From a virus (taxonomy: Duplodnaviria > Caudoviricetes): a stretch of DNA of 64,000 bases. The notes beneath the pieces were generated by a model. The model was not told the DNA's origin. It searched no databases and saw nothing but the letters and a program-made list of their open reading frames with translations. Made by a program: the position numbers and the translations under genes. How positions within the stretch are numbered: position 1 is the first letter of the stretch; each line of letters opens with the position of its first letter. Below, one piece after another: positions 20,296 through 29,986 of the stretch. The stretch lies in the IMG/VR virus record IMGVR_UViG_3300013713_000001, positions 96,001 to 160,000 of that record; one strand, 5' to 3'.

Positions 20296-20898
20296 TTATA
20301 CGAAACGCAGGTAGAAGAACGACGTCGGCAGGCCCTGGAGCATGCGCTGGAAGTTGATGGCTTTCAGGGTGGTGTCCACTTCAGGATCCGCGAAGACCAG
20401 TTCAGTTTCCTGGAGGTTTGCGTTCATGTAGATCGCACCACGGATGTAGCGGTCGAGAACGGTCTCTTGGAACTCGAAACCGACCAGGTGATCCGGGAAC
20501 ACGGTACCCTCTGGTGCACGGCGTTCGTTCAGCGCGGATTGTACCGCGGCCAGACCTTCGGCGATGTTCTCAGCCAGTACGTCCAGCGGGAAGGCGATCT
20601 CGAAGCTCGGGGTGGCGGACTCGAGGGTCCCTTCGATTGGCGCCGGAGCGAAGCGTTCTGCCAGAGCAGCGTCGACGTCCTGCCCCTGGAAGCTGGTACG
20701 GAGCCAGTCGATGACTTGTTCCACACCTTCGTTGAGGGTTTCAGGAACGGTCAAGGAGAGGGTTCCTTCACTGCCCTGGTCAGTCCCGACGTTGGATGCA
20801 CCACCATCGAGTTGTTCGATTTTTTCATCAGTGGCCTTGGGAGCCGCCTGGGTTTCGGTTGCTTGACGGTTACCGGTATTGCGATTGGATCGAGACAT
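20296..20898 (-). CDS. Hypothetical acidic protein, probably highly expressed
   Basis: ATG 20898 with GGAG RBS; strongly C/G-ending codons; disordered N-terminus containing QGSEG. Confidence 0.65.
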   Translation of the reverse strand: MSRSNRNTGNRQATETQAAPKATDEKIEQLDGGASNVGTDQGSEGTLSLTVPETLNEGVEQVIDWLRTSFQGQDVDAALAERFAPAPIEGTLESATPSFEIAFPLDVLAENIAEGLAAVQSALNERRAPEGTVFPDHLVGFEFQETVLDRYIRGAIYMNANLQETELVFADPEVDTTLKAINFQRMLQGLPTSFFYLRFV

Positions 20899-20953
20899 TG
20901 GAAACTCCATAGAGTTCAGGTTGGGGTAGTTTACATAGGATCTGGTCTACGTT

Positions 20954-21211
20954 TTATTTAATCAATCCCTTCAACTGCTCATCATCTGCATTGGGTAAAC
21001 ACCCAAAGCTTTCGAGTCGGTCCCACGCATATTGACCTAAGCGCAAGCGACGAATGACCTCTTCCATGAGATCGTTGCCGTGGGGGACCACAATGCCATT
21101 AAACTCCTCTGGGAAGTTCTCGAAGTTCATCAGCCGGCATTTGCCTAACAGCTTGATGATTTGCTCATCTTCGAGATGGCCGTAGTCTTTCTTTTCTTCG
21201 GGGATAGTCAT
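20954..21211 (-). CDS. Small hypothetical protein (EEVIRRL module)
   Basis: 85 aa with AAGGA RBS; motif shared with 22754..23404. Confidence 0.65.
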   Translation of the reverse strand: MTIPEEKKDYGHLEDEQIIKLLGKCRLMNFENFPEEFNGIVVPHGNDLMEEVIRRLRLGQYAWDRLESFGCLPNADDEQLKGLIK

Positions 21212-21242
21212 GAAGCAATCCTTAGTAATATGACAAAAAAAA

Positions 21243-21272
21243 AATAAGAGAGGTGGGAAGACCTCTCTTATT
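21243..21272 (-). terminator. Intrinsic terminator
   Basis: AATAAGAGAGGT-GGGAAG-ACCTCTCTTATT with a long U-tract on the minus strand. Confidence 0.8.
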
Positions 21273-21290
21273 GGTTAGCAGTTAACCCGA

Positions 21291-22253
21291 TCAGCCCCAG
21301 ACACCTCTGGTGTGCAGTAGGGTATGGGAACTGTAAGCTGTCGCCTGGTTATGGAACAGTTCCGGGTATTGCTCTCGCGAGACGAACCCTTCATTGTTAT
21401 CGGGGAGGTTGTCCGTGCAGATAATCAATTCTTCGTTCCCCCTAGGGAATACATGGACTTGAATTCGACTCATCGGATCAGCAGACGTGTAGCGCTGACC
21501 TATCATCCCGACACTGGCTTTCATCAGCCGCTTCTCCAAATCTTCCAAGTAGACCTGGAAGACTGCATTATGAGAGAGGTAGTTCTTGATCAAGACCACA
21601 TCCTCACTCGAGAGCTTTGGCGACAGTCTTACCGCCTCGAGAACTTCGGTTTCCAACACCTTGGCGACTTCACTGTTGAACGGAGGATTGCAGATACCTA
21701 TAGGGTACGTGATCACCAGTCGAGGAAGGCCTTTGGGAGGAGGCCCCAGGCGGTACATGGGGAAGTTTGGAAGCACCAGTTGCGAGAACGATACCTTGGC
21801 GGTTTCTCTCCCCAGTTGGTTACCGTACGGGTCAGTAGAGATCATTTTCAGAATCTCCCCCAGCTTGACCAATTCACCGAAGAGGCTTTGGCGGCGTTCT
21901 TCATCATTCGTCCATTTTTCAGTATCCCTGTGACGGTGATTCTCCAGGATCTGATCGACTTTAGACTTGTCCTCGTCCGTTTCGATAATGAAGTGATCGT
22001 TACGATCGGTGCGGCGAATTGTCGTGTAGAGGTGACCGTCACCTAGTAGATCAGGGGAGAGTTCATCCTTTCGGGCAAAGGCTCGTGCGGCTCGTTGCTG
22101 GAGGTCCCGGAGGATCATCACGGCTGCCGGGGTCAGTGAAGAAAAGGAGATGACCGACTCGAGCGAGTTGAGCAACTCCTCGTCAGTTGTTGGTTTGACC
22201 GGTACACCCATCATGTTTACGTTCGTGTCATTGCGGAAAGCGTTATGGTTCAT
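21291..22253 (-). CDS. Hypothetical accessory protein
   Basis: 320 aa with GAAGGA RBS. Confidence 0.65.
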   Translation of the reverse strand: MNHNAFRNDTNVNMMGVPVKPTTDEELLNSLESVISFSSLTPAAVMILRDLQQRAARAFARKDELSPDLLGDGHLYTTIRRTDRNDHFIIETDEDKSKVDQILENHRHRDTEKWTNDEERRQSLFGELVKLGEILKMISTDPYGNQLGRETAKVSFSQLVLPNFPMYRLGPPPKGLPRLVITYPIGICNPPFNSEVAKVLETEVLEAVRLSPKLSSEDVVLIKNYLSHNAVFQVYLEDLEKRLMKASVGMIGQRYTSADPMSRIQVHVFPRGNEELIICTDNLPDNNEGFVSREQYPELFHNQATAYSSHTLLHTRGVWG

Positions 22254-22312
22254 GGTATCGTCCTTCCAGAAGTCTTACAGTTATGGGGTAGGTAGTAAAA
22301 ATAAAAGGTTAG

Positions 22313-22340
22313 CCCAGGAGAGCCCGAAGGCCCTCCTAGG
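22313..22340 (-). terminator. Intrinsic terminator with UUCG loop
   Basis: Minus strand CCTAGGAGGGCC-TTCG-GGCTCTCCTGGG followed by a U-rich tract. Confidence 0.75.
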
Positions 22341-22348
22341 TATTGAGG

Positions 22349-22660
22349 TTATTCCTGAGGTTCTCTCAGGAGTGCGTCCACCAGACCGGTGGCCATGCCG
22401 CTGAAAGCCATGCCGCCAACGCCGGCCATTGCACCGTTGAGGATACGGGCAGTCGAGCCGAACTGATCAGTGATCCCGAAGACATCACCGATTGCGTACC
22501 CGATTGCACCACCCACAGCACCGCCCACCAGAGCACCGGCAACAGTGCTGCCTTGACGGTAGTTAGCCGCTGCAGTGAGAACGCCTGCAGCAGCACCAAC
22601 GTAGTGGGAGGTCTTCATAGCGGCGTCACGGTTACCACGAACAGTTTCAGTAGTCATCAT
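22349..22660 (-). CDS. Small glycine-zipper membrane protein
   Basis: 103 aa, GGAG RBS, repeated GxxxG (GALVGGAVGGAIGYAIG, GAMAGVGG). Confidence 0.7.
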   Translation of the reverse strand: MMTTETVRGNRDAAMKTSHYVGAAAGVLTAAANYRQGSTVAGALVGGAVGGAIGYAIGDVFGITDQFGSTARILNGAMAGVGGMAFSGMATGLVDALLREPQE

Positions 22661-22723
22661 CTATACTCCAAAGGATACTTTAAAAAGGACAAAGGCAAAG
22701 ACTGCCACGTCTATTATTCACCC

Positions 22724-22742
22724 TAAGAATATAGATCTGAAC
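22724..22742 (-). promoter_or_regulatory. Putative phage early promoter (degenerate copy)
   Basis: 12/19 match to the exact repeat at 30053/35345, same orientation, upstream of a minus-strand gene. Confidence 0.5.
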
Positions 22743-22753
22743 TAAACTGCAAC

Positions 22754-23404
22754 TTAATTTTTATCCTCAGCCAAACGGGAAGGGTCAGTCAACTCGATCA
22801 TCGGTTCCCAACGCCAGAAGACATTGTTCTTGCTGGTGATCCCCGCAGCAGCACGAGGGGTCATCCAATAGATCCCCAAGATGTCATCCGCTTCTCCACC
22901 CTGCATGATAATGCTGCTAAGGTTGTAGACCTTCTTGAACTCGAGGATCAGTTCATCTGCTTCCGCACCAGACAAGCGCTGGGTCAACCGCTCCTTGATT
23001 GCCTTGAAGCGATTCTTAGGCAACACCTCTTTCAGGTTCAGATGGACCGAAGCACGCGCGTTGTCAAGATCCCTGTGAGTAAAGATGGAACCAAGGGATA
23101 CAGGAGAGTCTGGACCTGACCCAGGATGACTGACGGTACCGTACAGCCCAGGTTGTGGGTAAGGGGACTCCCTGTTAACTGGGGGCTGAAGGGGATGCTG
23201 GTAAGGCGCTCCGCTCGGGGAAGGGGCCATCAGTCTGCGAATGACCTCCTCGAACAGACCTGCCGCACTGTTGGACAAGTGGTTGTACCCAGCAAACTTC
23301 TGAATCTCTTCAGCCAGCTGGTAATTGGTCAGGCGAGGATAGCCCGAACCGGAATTGCTTGGGGTGGCAGCCGCAGTGTGAATATTGCGAAGTGCGCGTT
23401 CCAT
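22754..23404 (-). CDS. Hypothetical protein (EEVIRRL module, Pro-rich linker, C-terminal domain)
   Basis: 216 aa with AGGAG RBS. Confidence 0.65.
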   Translation of the reverse strand: MERALRNIHTAAATPSNSGSGYPRLTNYQLAEEIQKFAGYNHLSNSAAGLFEEVIRRLMAPSPSGAPYQHPLQPPVNRESPYPQPGLYGTVSHPGSGPDSPVSLGSIFTHRDLDNARASVHLNLKEVLPKNRFKAIKERLTQRLSGAEADELILEFKKVYNLSSIIMQGGEADDILGIYWMTPRAAAGITSKNNVFWRWEPMIELTDPSRLAEDKN

Positions 23405-23468
23405 GGTGTTTCTCCTAGGTAGAAAAAGAGCAGGATGCTCAAGAACTATGGGGGGGGGTGTTACATCG

Positions 23469-23487
23469 GGGTGATATGGGGGTGAAA
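23469..23487 (-). promoter_or_regulatory. Putative phage early promoter (degenerate copy)
   Basis: Minus strand TTTCACCCCCATATCACCC, 13/19 match to the repeat. Confidence 0.5.
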
Positions 23488-23491
23488 CTAT

Positions 23492-24097
23492 TTAGAGCTT
23501 GGCGATTGCTTCCTGTTGTGCTTCCAGAGCGCCAACGAATGCACGACGGTAGACATCGGGGTAACGAGCATAGCCACCCTTTCCAAACTTCTCTTTGATG
23601 TGTTTGATCGACTCAGCGATGCGCTGGTCTTCGGTCTGGTTCGGGAAATGGAACTCCCGGTACTTGATCGCGCGGCGCAGGAGGATCTCGGGTGCACAAG
23701 GCATGCCACGGTCCGCTGCGTTGATGAGCGCAGAGAACTCAGTAGAGAACTCCTCCTCGTAGGAAGCACGGTGCTCCAGGCACGCCAGCGCCACCCGCTC
23801 ACGTTCCCACGGACGCTCGCCGAGGTACTCCACAATCAACGGATGATCTGTTGTGGAGATCCAGTGATGACTCAACTCATGGTGGTTATTGCGACTCCAT
23901 GCGAACAGGTCATGGAAGTAGGCAGCAAATAGGATCTCGACTTCATCGAACTGCATGTCCAGCTCGTTGTTGATAAAGAGCGCCGTTTGGTTGACCTCTT
24001 CGAAATGGTCTTCCCGATGGGCCAGGTCGTTCAGTTCATAGGCCTTGCCAAAAGCAGTAATGATGGATTGGCGTGCTACTGCGATATCTACGCTCAT
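23492..24097 (-). CDS. HD-domain metal-dependent phosphohydrolase
   Basis: HREDH...FHDL...NHH...EHRAS...ADRG; ATG 24097 with TAAGGA RBS. Confidence 0.85.
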   Translation of the reverse strand: MSVDIAVARQSIITAFGKAYELNDLAHREDHFEEVNQTALFINNELDMQFDEVEILFAAYFHDLFAWSRNNHHELSHHWISTTDHPLIVEYLGERPWERERVALACLEHRASYEEEFSTEFSALINAADRGMPCAPEILLRRAIKYREFHFPNQTEDQRIAESIKHIKEKFGKGGYARYPDVYRRAFVGALEAQQEAIAKL

Positions 24098-24107
24098 TTC
24101 AGGTTCC

Positions 24108-24782
24108 TTAGAGGTTGTCAATAGCGGCTTGCTGTTCTTTCAAGGTTTCCCCGAAGACACGCAGGTACAGTTCTGGATAACGTGCGTAACCGCCAGTCCC
24201 CGCTTTGTCCTTGATGAAGCGCAGCGAGATCGCCATCACCTCGTCTTTGGACTTGTCTGGGTTAATGTCGGTATGATGAGTCAGGACGCGTTGGAACAGT
24301 GCCTTAGCGTCTCCTGGGAAGCCACGGTCAGCAGAGTTGATCAACTCCGCGAACTGGTTAACGAAAGCACCCTTATACGAAGCACGGTGTTGCAGGCACG
24401 CGTAGGCTACACCGGCACGGTCATTACCCGCTGCGCGACCGCGTTCGTTACCGAAGTGTTCGACGATCACCGGGTGGTCAGCACCCATGAAGTACTCGTA
24501 TGCCAGCTGGTGGTGGTTAACACGAGACCAGGCAAACAAGTCGTGGAAATAAGCCGCAAAGAGCATGTTCATTTCGCCATGACCGAGCTCGAGACGTTCA
24601 TTGATGAAGCGGGCACACTGGTACACCGACTCGAAGTGCTCCTGACGGTGCCCCCGGTCGTTCAATGCCCAGTGAGGGGAAAATGCGGTAATGATCTGGA
24701 AGCGGGCTTTGTCATAAGGATCAACAAACATAGGAGTCCTCGAAGGAGACTGTGCAGCGGTACTGTTGGTATTGTTAAGCAT
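24108..24782 (-). CDS. HD-domain phosphohydrolase, tandem paralogue
   Basis: HRQEH...FHDL...NHH...QHRAS...ADRG; shares LFAAYFHDLFAWSR and GGYARYP with its neighbour. Confidence 0.85.
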   Translation of the reverse strand: MLNNTNSTAAQSPSRTPMFVDPYDKARFQIITAFSPHWALNDRGHRQEHFESVYQCARFINERLELGHGEMNMLFAAYFHDLFAWSRVNHHQLAYEYFMGADHPVIVEHFGNERGRAAGNDRAGVAYACLQHRASYKGAFVNQFAELINSADRGFPGDAKALFQRVLTHHTDINPDKSKDEVMAISLRFIKDKAGTGGYARYPELYLRVFGETLKEQQAAIDNL

Positions 24783-24822
24783 AAAGAAATCCCTAAAGGT
24801 GGGGTGGGTGAAGAAAAGAAAG

Positions 24823-24850
24823 CCTGCTCCCGGTGTTACCCAGGAGCAGG
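24823..24850 (-). terminator. Intrinsic terminator
   Basis: CCTGCTCC...GGAGCAGG followed on the minus strand by CTTTCTTTTCTT. Confidence 0.7.
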
Positions 24851-24865
24851 TTAAATCCTAGCGCA

Positions 24866-27193
24866 CTAGATCAGTGCCATCATCAATAGGCTGCGGTACG
24901 TCGTAACGCGTCGCATGGTTGCCATGTTGACGTCCAGCGAGCTGTAAGAGAACAACCACATCGAATCGTCTTGGGTAAAGCGCAAGATCTTGTCAACGAC
25001 TTGAATGTTTGCGTCATCACCCATGGACAGCGGGAACCCGTTCTCGACAAGGTCGAAGAACTCTGGGAACTTACTGCGACGAATAAGAAGTGGAGCGTTG
25101 CCCTGCTCGACGCCCGATGGAGCCAGCCGTTTGTTCACCAGCGTGAAGTGGATAGGGCGCTCAGTGACGAGACGCAGCGTCTTCTGGATCTTGTCCACAA
25201 TGCTGTCGTCTTCTTCAACCTGGTTGTGAACACTTTCAGATACAAAGATCTTCATTTGCTCAGTCAGGAAGTTTGCTGGGCTACCTTCTGCGTTGAAACA
25301 GCGGAAGGCTTCTTCGTCCGTCTCTTTGAAGTGCTGGTCAAGCTCGTTGTAGTCTTCAAAGATCGACTCAATCGCCAGGTAGTTGACGTGGTCCTTGGAG
25401 TTATGATACCCCAGAGAACTGATCAGCCAATCGTTGACCATCAGGGTCAAGCGCTGGTCGATGTAGCCGGCGATCTCGTCATCGATATGCGCGGTGTCGA
25501 AGAAGTTGACCATCCGCTTCATGCGCATGAAGAAGGACAGGTTGGTGTCTTCCGCATCTTTGAACAGGAACGGCAGGTTCTTGATGATCGCGGCGCGGTC
25601 AGCTTCGGAGTTGCAGGTGTAGAAGTCCCAAACACGCGTGTTAAAGGACGTTGCGTTAGTCCCCGTCATGTTAACTGTCAGGGCTTTGTTTGTTGCGTCA
25701 ATGGCGGACAGGATCGCACCAGAGGATTGGTTCGCTACGGTCTCGTTGAGGGTTACCACTGGAATACCTTCCAGCTTCTCACAGACGGCAGGCGGGATAC
25801 TTGGGGTCTTTGCTTTACCCAACAGTTTCTCGGCTGGTGTAGCGGCAATCTTTGTTTCGGTGCTCCCGTCAATGCCTTCCAGAAGCGGCAACAATTTCTT
25901 CGGATCAGTAAACCCTGCTGCCATGTCCAATCCCTCTGCAGGGACAACGGTACTAAACCACCCGTCGTCGTTTTCCAAATCAATCTTTACAACCCGGAAG
26001 CTACCATTAAGAACAGAGTCTTCCTGCTCTGGCTGATCGGGGTGACGCTTAAAGGCATGCTGAACCTTCTTCCAATCAGATTCCGGGATAAAGTACCAGT
26101 TATCTTTTCCAATCCACTGGAACAGCCGACGATAATCGTAGCGGTTCTTGTTTTCTTCGGTGATCTGAGTAAAGTCTACCTGTTTAGTTTCCCAATCCAC
26201 CGTCTCAAAGCCATTGTTGGAAAGGCTAGGATCAGGTGGAACATGACGGTTCTTAGCTTCGTGCGCAGTGCGCATTACCTGCTCGACCAACGGAGAGGCG
26301 TCTTGCTGCGGGTAGGACCCCATGTAGGCGTTCGTCCCAAACCCAATCATGCCTTGCAGGGCACGTTCCGCTTCAACGATCATGCTGTTGTCGGCACGGG
26401 TTGGGGTATGGGTTTCGAACACCAGGTTAGCGTACGGGTTGCTGACTCCAAAGGTGGTACACGCATGGGTAAACGTATCCTTGAATCGTTCAAGGTCACC
26501 AAGCATCTTCTTGATTTCTGGAGTCAGGTAATACGTTTTCTCGCGCCCTGCGGGGGATTTAGCCAACCAGGAGATAAGCTCCATGGTCAACACCATGCTG
26601 GACGCCATTTGCACGGCTCTACGATATTCCCCCTCGCCCAAGTTGCCCGATTGAGAACTCTTTGCCATATCGATCAAGATCTGACCGAATACAGGAACCC
26701 CTGCTTTGGCAATAAACACCATAAATTCCTGATGCTGGTTGATCGTATCCACAAACGCGTTACGGATATTGCACACAGCACCGGTCGTTTTGTTACAGCG
26801 AAAGTGTTCCAGTACAGCCCGATACTCAGCGTAGAAGCCGCCGTGGCGGCGCACCAACGAGTTGAAGAACTGCATGGCAGCCTCGGAATACTTTTGCACG
26901 TATTCCTGGTTCAACAACTCTTCCGCAGTGCTATTCCCAGCAAGTGCACGTAAACCATCGTCTTCGTAGCGGGAGCTTCCTAAGGCATCCCAACGAATAC
27001 CTGAACCTTGGCCACCCAATCCAGCCTGGCCCATGTTGTTGCCGTCCATCAACCCACGAAGGTTGGCGAGCGGATCCACCCGGTTGTAAGGGTTCTGCGG
27101 ACTACCAGTTCCAGTGGGTGCGGTCGACGTATCGATCGTCCGCCCTGGTTGCTGGTTGCTAGGTCTATAAAAGTTGTTACCACTCATGGCCAT
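24866..27193 (-). CDS. Large hypothetical protein coupled to the RNAP subunit gene
   Basis: 775 aa; start overlaps the upstream stop; no motif recognised. Confidence 0.7.
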   Translation of the reverse strand: MAMSGNNFYRPSNQQPGRTIDTSTAPTGTGSPQNPYNRVDPLANLRGLMDGNNMGQAGLGGQGSGIRWDALGSSRYEDDGLRALAGNSTAEELLNQEYVQKYSEAAMQFFNSLVRRHGGFYAEYRAVLEHFRCNKTTGAVCNIRNAFVDTINQHQEFMVFIAKAGVPVFGQILIDMAKSSQSGNLGEGEYRRAVQMASSMVLTMELISWLAKSPAGREKTYYLTPEIKKMLGDLERFKDTFTHACTTFGVSNPYANLVFETHTPTRADNSMIVEAERALQGMIGFGTNAYMGSYPQQDASPLVEQVMRTAHEAKNRHVPPDPSLSNNGFETVDWETKQVDFTQITEENKNRYDYRRLFQWIGKDNWYFIPESDWKKVQHAFKRHPDQPEQEDSVLNGSFRVVKIDLENDDGWFSTVVPAEGLDMAAGFTDPKKLLPLLEGIDGSTETKIAATPAEKLLGKAKTPSIPPAVCEKLEGIPVVTLNETVANQSSGAILSAIDATNKALTVNMTGTNATSFNTRVWDFYTCNSEADRAAIIKNLPFLFKDAEDTNLSFFMRMKRMVNFFDTAHIDDEIAGYIDQRLTLMVNDWLISSLGYHNSKDHVNYLAIESIFEDYNELDQHFKETDEEAFRCFNAEGSPANFLTEQMKIFVSESVHNQVEEDDSIVDKIQKTLRLVTERPIHFTLVNKRLAPSGVEQGNAPLLIRRSKFPEFFDLVENGFPLSMGDDANIQVVDKILRFTQDDSMWLFSYSSLDVNMATMRRVTTYRSLLMMALI

Positions 27194-28842
27194 GGCTCTC
27201 TATAACGTAATCTGTGATCTGTTCGACCGTAAAGATCCTTGAACTCTGGATCGATCCCAGTCGTTTTACCGTCAATCAGATACAGACAGGGGTTTAAGTA
27301 ACCCCGGCTATCAGGGTTAGGTTTATTCACCCTGAAGTAGCTGTGTACGAAAGGTTGAGAAGCATCAGTGAACGTCGCACTGTCGTTGACGTCGAAGTCA
27401 CCTTTCTTCTGTTTCCCCATACCGGTATAGACTTTGTGTTGCGGCATGCAGCCTAGGACGTAATCGATGAACGGATTGTCCGTAGGAGTGGCTTCCTGGA
27501 TAAGGTTGGCGTTACGCGCATTGTCGATCTCCTTAACGTGAAAGTGATCACTCAAGAACTTGGCAACCTTTTTCTGGTTGATCTCTGAGTTGTTCTTGAT
27601 GTCATATTTAAAGTTGTTTGCCGCGGTAAGCAGGCTGTCCAGGATAAACTCCAGACTGGCCAGTTCCTTGTGGAACGCCGACGCGCGGTTGGTGGTCTGT
27701 ACGATCTCACTCCGGTTAGCGATGATGTAGTTGAACAGGTCGAACATATTGCTTACAACAATCGACTGTCCCGCAAACCGCTTAATGGAGTCTTCGTCCA
27801 GGTACTCGTTAATGGTTTCAAAGTGCTGATCGATCAGACGGAGGATGTACTCGTCCGTGTCGCCTGCTTTCACAGAGCAACGACCAATGATCAACTTCCA
27901 GTAACTGGCTTCGTCGATCCGATCAATGTCGAAGTACGACGAACAGCAATCCACCACAAACATCAGGGCACTCATGTACTGCAGTGCCATAGCGCTCAAG
28001 GACTTACGGCCCGCGTTCAAGTTGCGGACTGCAATGGCGGTGTCCAGGCTCACGAAATCACCCAAGGACTTCTTGTTCGTCCCCGAGTTACTGCGCGAGA
28101 AGATTTCCCAACGGTCTTCTGGGCGGCACTCTTGAACCAGCGCGTCCAGCGGACCGAGCCGGTAGTCACATTCACCATACTCACGCATGGCTTCACTAAA
28201 CCCCATCTTGGCAAACATGTACCATGCCAGGAGTGGCGTAGGGGTCTTTGTGTCTTTGATCTTTCGTGCTTCAGTGGGACTGTAGAAACGGTTAGCAGCC
28301 AAGTTGGTATCGTAGCTGCGCGTCGTCAAGACCCCTGTTTCACTAAAGACCTGCGTGATGTTGAACGGTTCTACCCCAATCTTGAACTTGTAACCCAGTA
28401 CCTTGACAAAGATCGAGTTCTCCTTTGTTACCGGAAGGCCTCGCTCTGCCAGCACAAACTGCGTGCTATAGAACGCATCGCGCAAGAACACGTCACCGTA
28501 CTCATTCGTGTACGGCAGCATGGTGTACGCTTTATAGGAGATGATCTGCCCGCCCTTGTCCTTGTAATCGATGTTGATCGACACAGGGTAAAGGGATTCC
28601 TTGTGGGCATCAAAGATCTTCCGACTGCTACCAATCAGATAATCAATGAACTCCTTTGGATCCGCGACTTCGCATTTCCGAAAGAAGACCCCCTTGTTCT
28701 CTACGTTCTTAAGGATACTTCTTAATGCCCTGTCGAACCATACATGCCCATTCTCGAACTCTTTCTCATGAAACCCCTCCGTTAAGACTGGGTTAAAATC
28801 AGGCATCTTTGCGTCCATCATGTCGAGCAGCTTACGGTTCAT
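27184..28842 (-). CDS. Non-virion RNA polymerase beta N-terminal subunit (phiKZ gp123-like)
   Basis: 552 aa; MPDFNP.L.EG, Y.MLPY....G.VFLR, K.L..LEFIL, F.DAS, K.NPD.RG.LNP; two genes downstream of the capsid gene as in phiKZ-like phages. Confidence 0.75.
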   Translation of the reverse strand: MNRKLLDMMDAKMPDFNPVLTEGFHEKEFENGHVWFDRALRSILKNVENKGVFFRKCEVADPKEFIDYLIGSSRKIFDAHKESLYPVSINIDYKDKGGQIISYKAYTMLPYTNEYGDVFLRDAFYSTQFVLAERGLPVTKENSIFVKVLGYKFKIGVEPFNITQVFSETGVLTTRSYDTNLAANRFYSPTEARKIKDTKTPTPLLAWYMFAKMGFSEAMREYGECDYRLGPLDALVQECRPEDRWEIFSRSNSGTNKKSLGDFVSLDTAIAVRNLNAGRKSLSAMALQYMSALMFVVDCCSSYFDIDRIDEASYWKLIIGRCSVKAGDTDEYILRLIDQHFETINEYLDEDSIKRFAGQSIVVSNMFDLFNYIIANRSEIVQTTNRASAFHKELASLEFILDSLLTAANNFKYDIKNNSEINQKKVAKFLSDHFHVKEIDNARNANLIQEATPTDNPFIDYVLGCMPQHKVYTGMGKQKKGDFDVNDSATFTDASQPFVHSYFRVNKPNPDSRGYLNPCLYLIDGKTTGIDPEFKDLYGRTDHRLRYREPWP

Positions 28843-28852
28843 CCTCTAGTCC

Positions 28853-29986
28853 CTAGGAAGTGTACAGTTTGTAAACCGTCACAGCGCATGTTGATACCGC
28901 GGCCACAGCCTTTGCGATCTCCCCCCAACTGTTTGCACTGTTACGTTTCTTGTCGATGTCCTGGCTAGCTTTTATCACTGTGTCTTTTATCTGATTCTGA
29001 GCTGAAGTAGCCGAGGTGTTGATATCACGGATATACAACGCCATCGAATGCTGAGCCTTTAACCGGTCGGTCTCGTTACGATGATTGCTAGTTGTCTGGC
29101 GCAATTCTTCCGCCAACTTCACAACCTCTGCTTGGGCTTTATCCAAGGAGTCTTCCAGCGCTGATTTGTCTTTCAGCAAACCGCTCATAGCTTTAGAATT
29201 GTCACTCAGTTTCTTTTCAGCGATTAAAGCCCGCTCAGTGTTACCACCCATCGAGCATTCTTCCATGGTTTCGAATAACCCGTGTTCGCCAAGGGAAGCC
29301 TTGGTGAGGTCGTCGAGCGCTAGGTAAATTTCCTGGGGTTCAATGCTGCCATAATGCAGTCCGACGTACAGCCCAGCAGGTCTGCTAGGGTCTTGCACGA
29401 CTGGAACCCGAACGGCTTTACCCATCACGTTCGTATAAATCGGGTTTAGTTTGCTCAAGGGGTCATTCAAATAAATGAAATAGTGCAACCCCCCTTTTGG
29501 GTTTCGCTGAGCACATTCACTGGCCATCTCAAACAGTTCCTGGAGTACAAACCCATAACTGTTGAGCGGGGCGATGTTAGCTGCCTCCATCGAGTTGAAT
29601 AACGAAATGCCCAAGATGTTGCTATGGATCACTTCGTTCTCGTCCGACAAATCGCCGGTCAAAAAGATCTTCACATAAAAGTCGGTCGAATAAGCGTCAC
29701 TCAGCAAACGGTTTGTTTCCCTGTGCTGGGCAACTGTATCCTCTAACTTCTTCAGGAACTCTCTATCGAAAGGGGTCTGGGCTAGCCGGTGGTCGATCCA
29801 GAAGTTGTCGGCCTTAACACCGCTAACCTTTATCTGGACTTCTCGTCTGGCGTAGTTATGTGAAATCATCCGTTCTTGAGCGCGGATTATGTAGTTCAAC
29901 CCACCTTGGGTTTTAACAATAAGCTCGGCGTTACTGTAATTAGATATCTGATATTCTAGTTTAAAACTAGAAATACTCTTGTCCAT
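28853..29986 (-). CDS. Conserved hypothetical protein with C-terminal coiled coil (phiKZ gp122-like by synteny)
   Basis: ATG 29986 with GAGGA RBS; heptad-rich C-terminal third and hydrophobic end. Confidence 0.65.
   Translation of the reverse strand: MDKSISSFKLEYQISNYSNAELIVKTQGGLNYIIRAQERMISHNYARREVQIKVSGVKADNFWIDHRLAQTPFDREFLKKLEDTVAQHRETNRLLSDAYSTDFYVKIFLTGDLSDENEVIHSNILGISLFNSMEAANIAPLNSYGFVLQELFEMASECAQRNPKGGLHYFIYLNDPLSKLNPIYTNVMGKAVRVPVVQDPSRPAGLYVGLHYGSIEPQEIYLALDDLTKASLGEHGLFETMEECSMGGNTERALIAEKKLSDNSKAMSGLLKDKSALEDSLDKAQAEVVKLAEELRQTTSNHRNETDRLKAQHSMALYIRDINTSATSAQNQIKDTVIKASQDIDKKRNSANSWGEIAKAVAAVSTCAVTVYKLYTS

Noticed and set aside
27184-28842. Short RNAP beta and partial PolB as pseudogenes
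   Set aside because: Split subunits are normal in phiKZ-like phages and the ORFs are intact.
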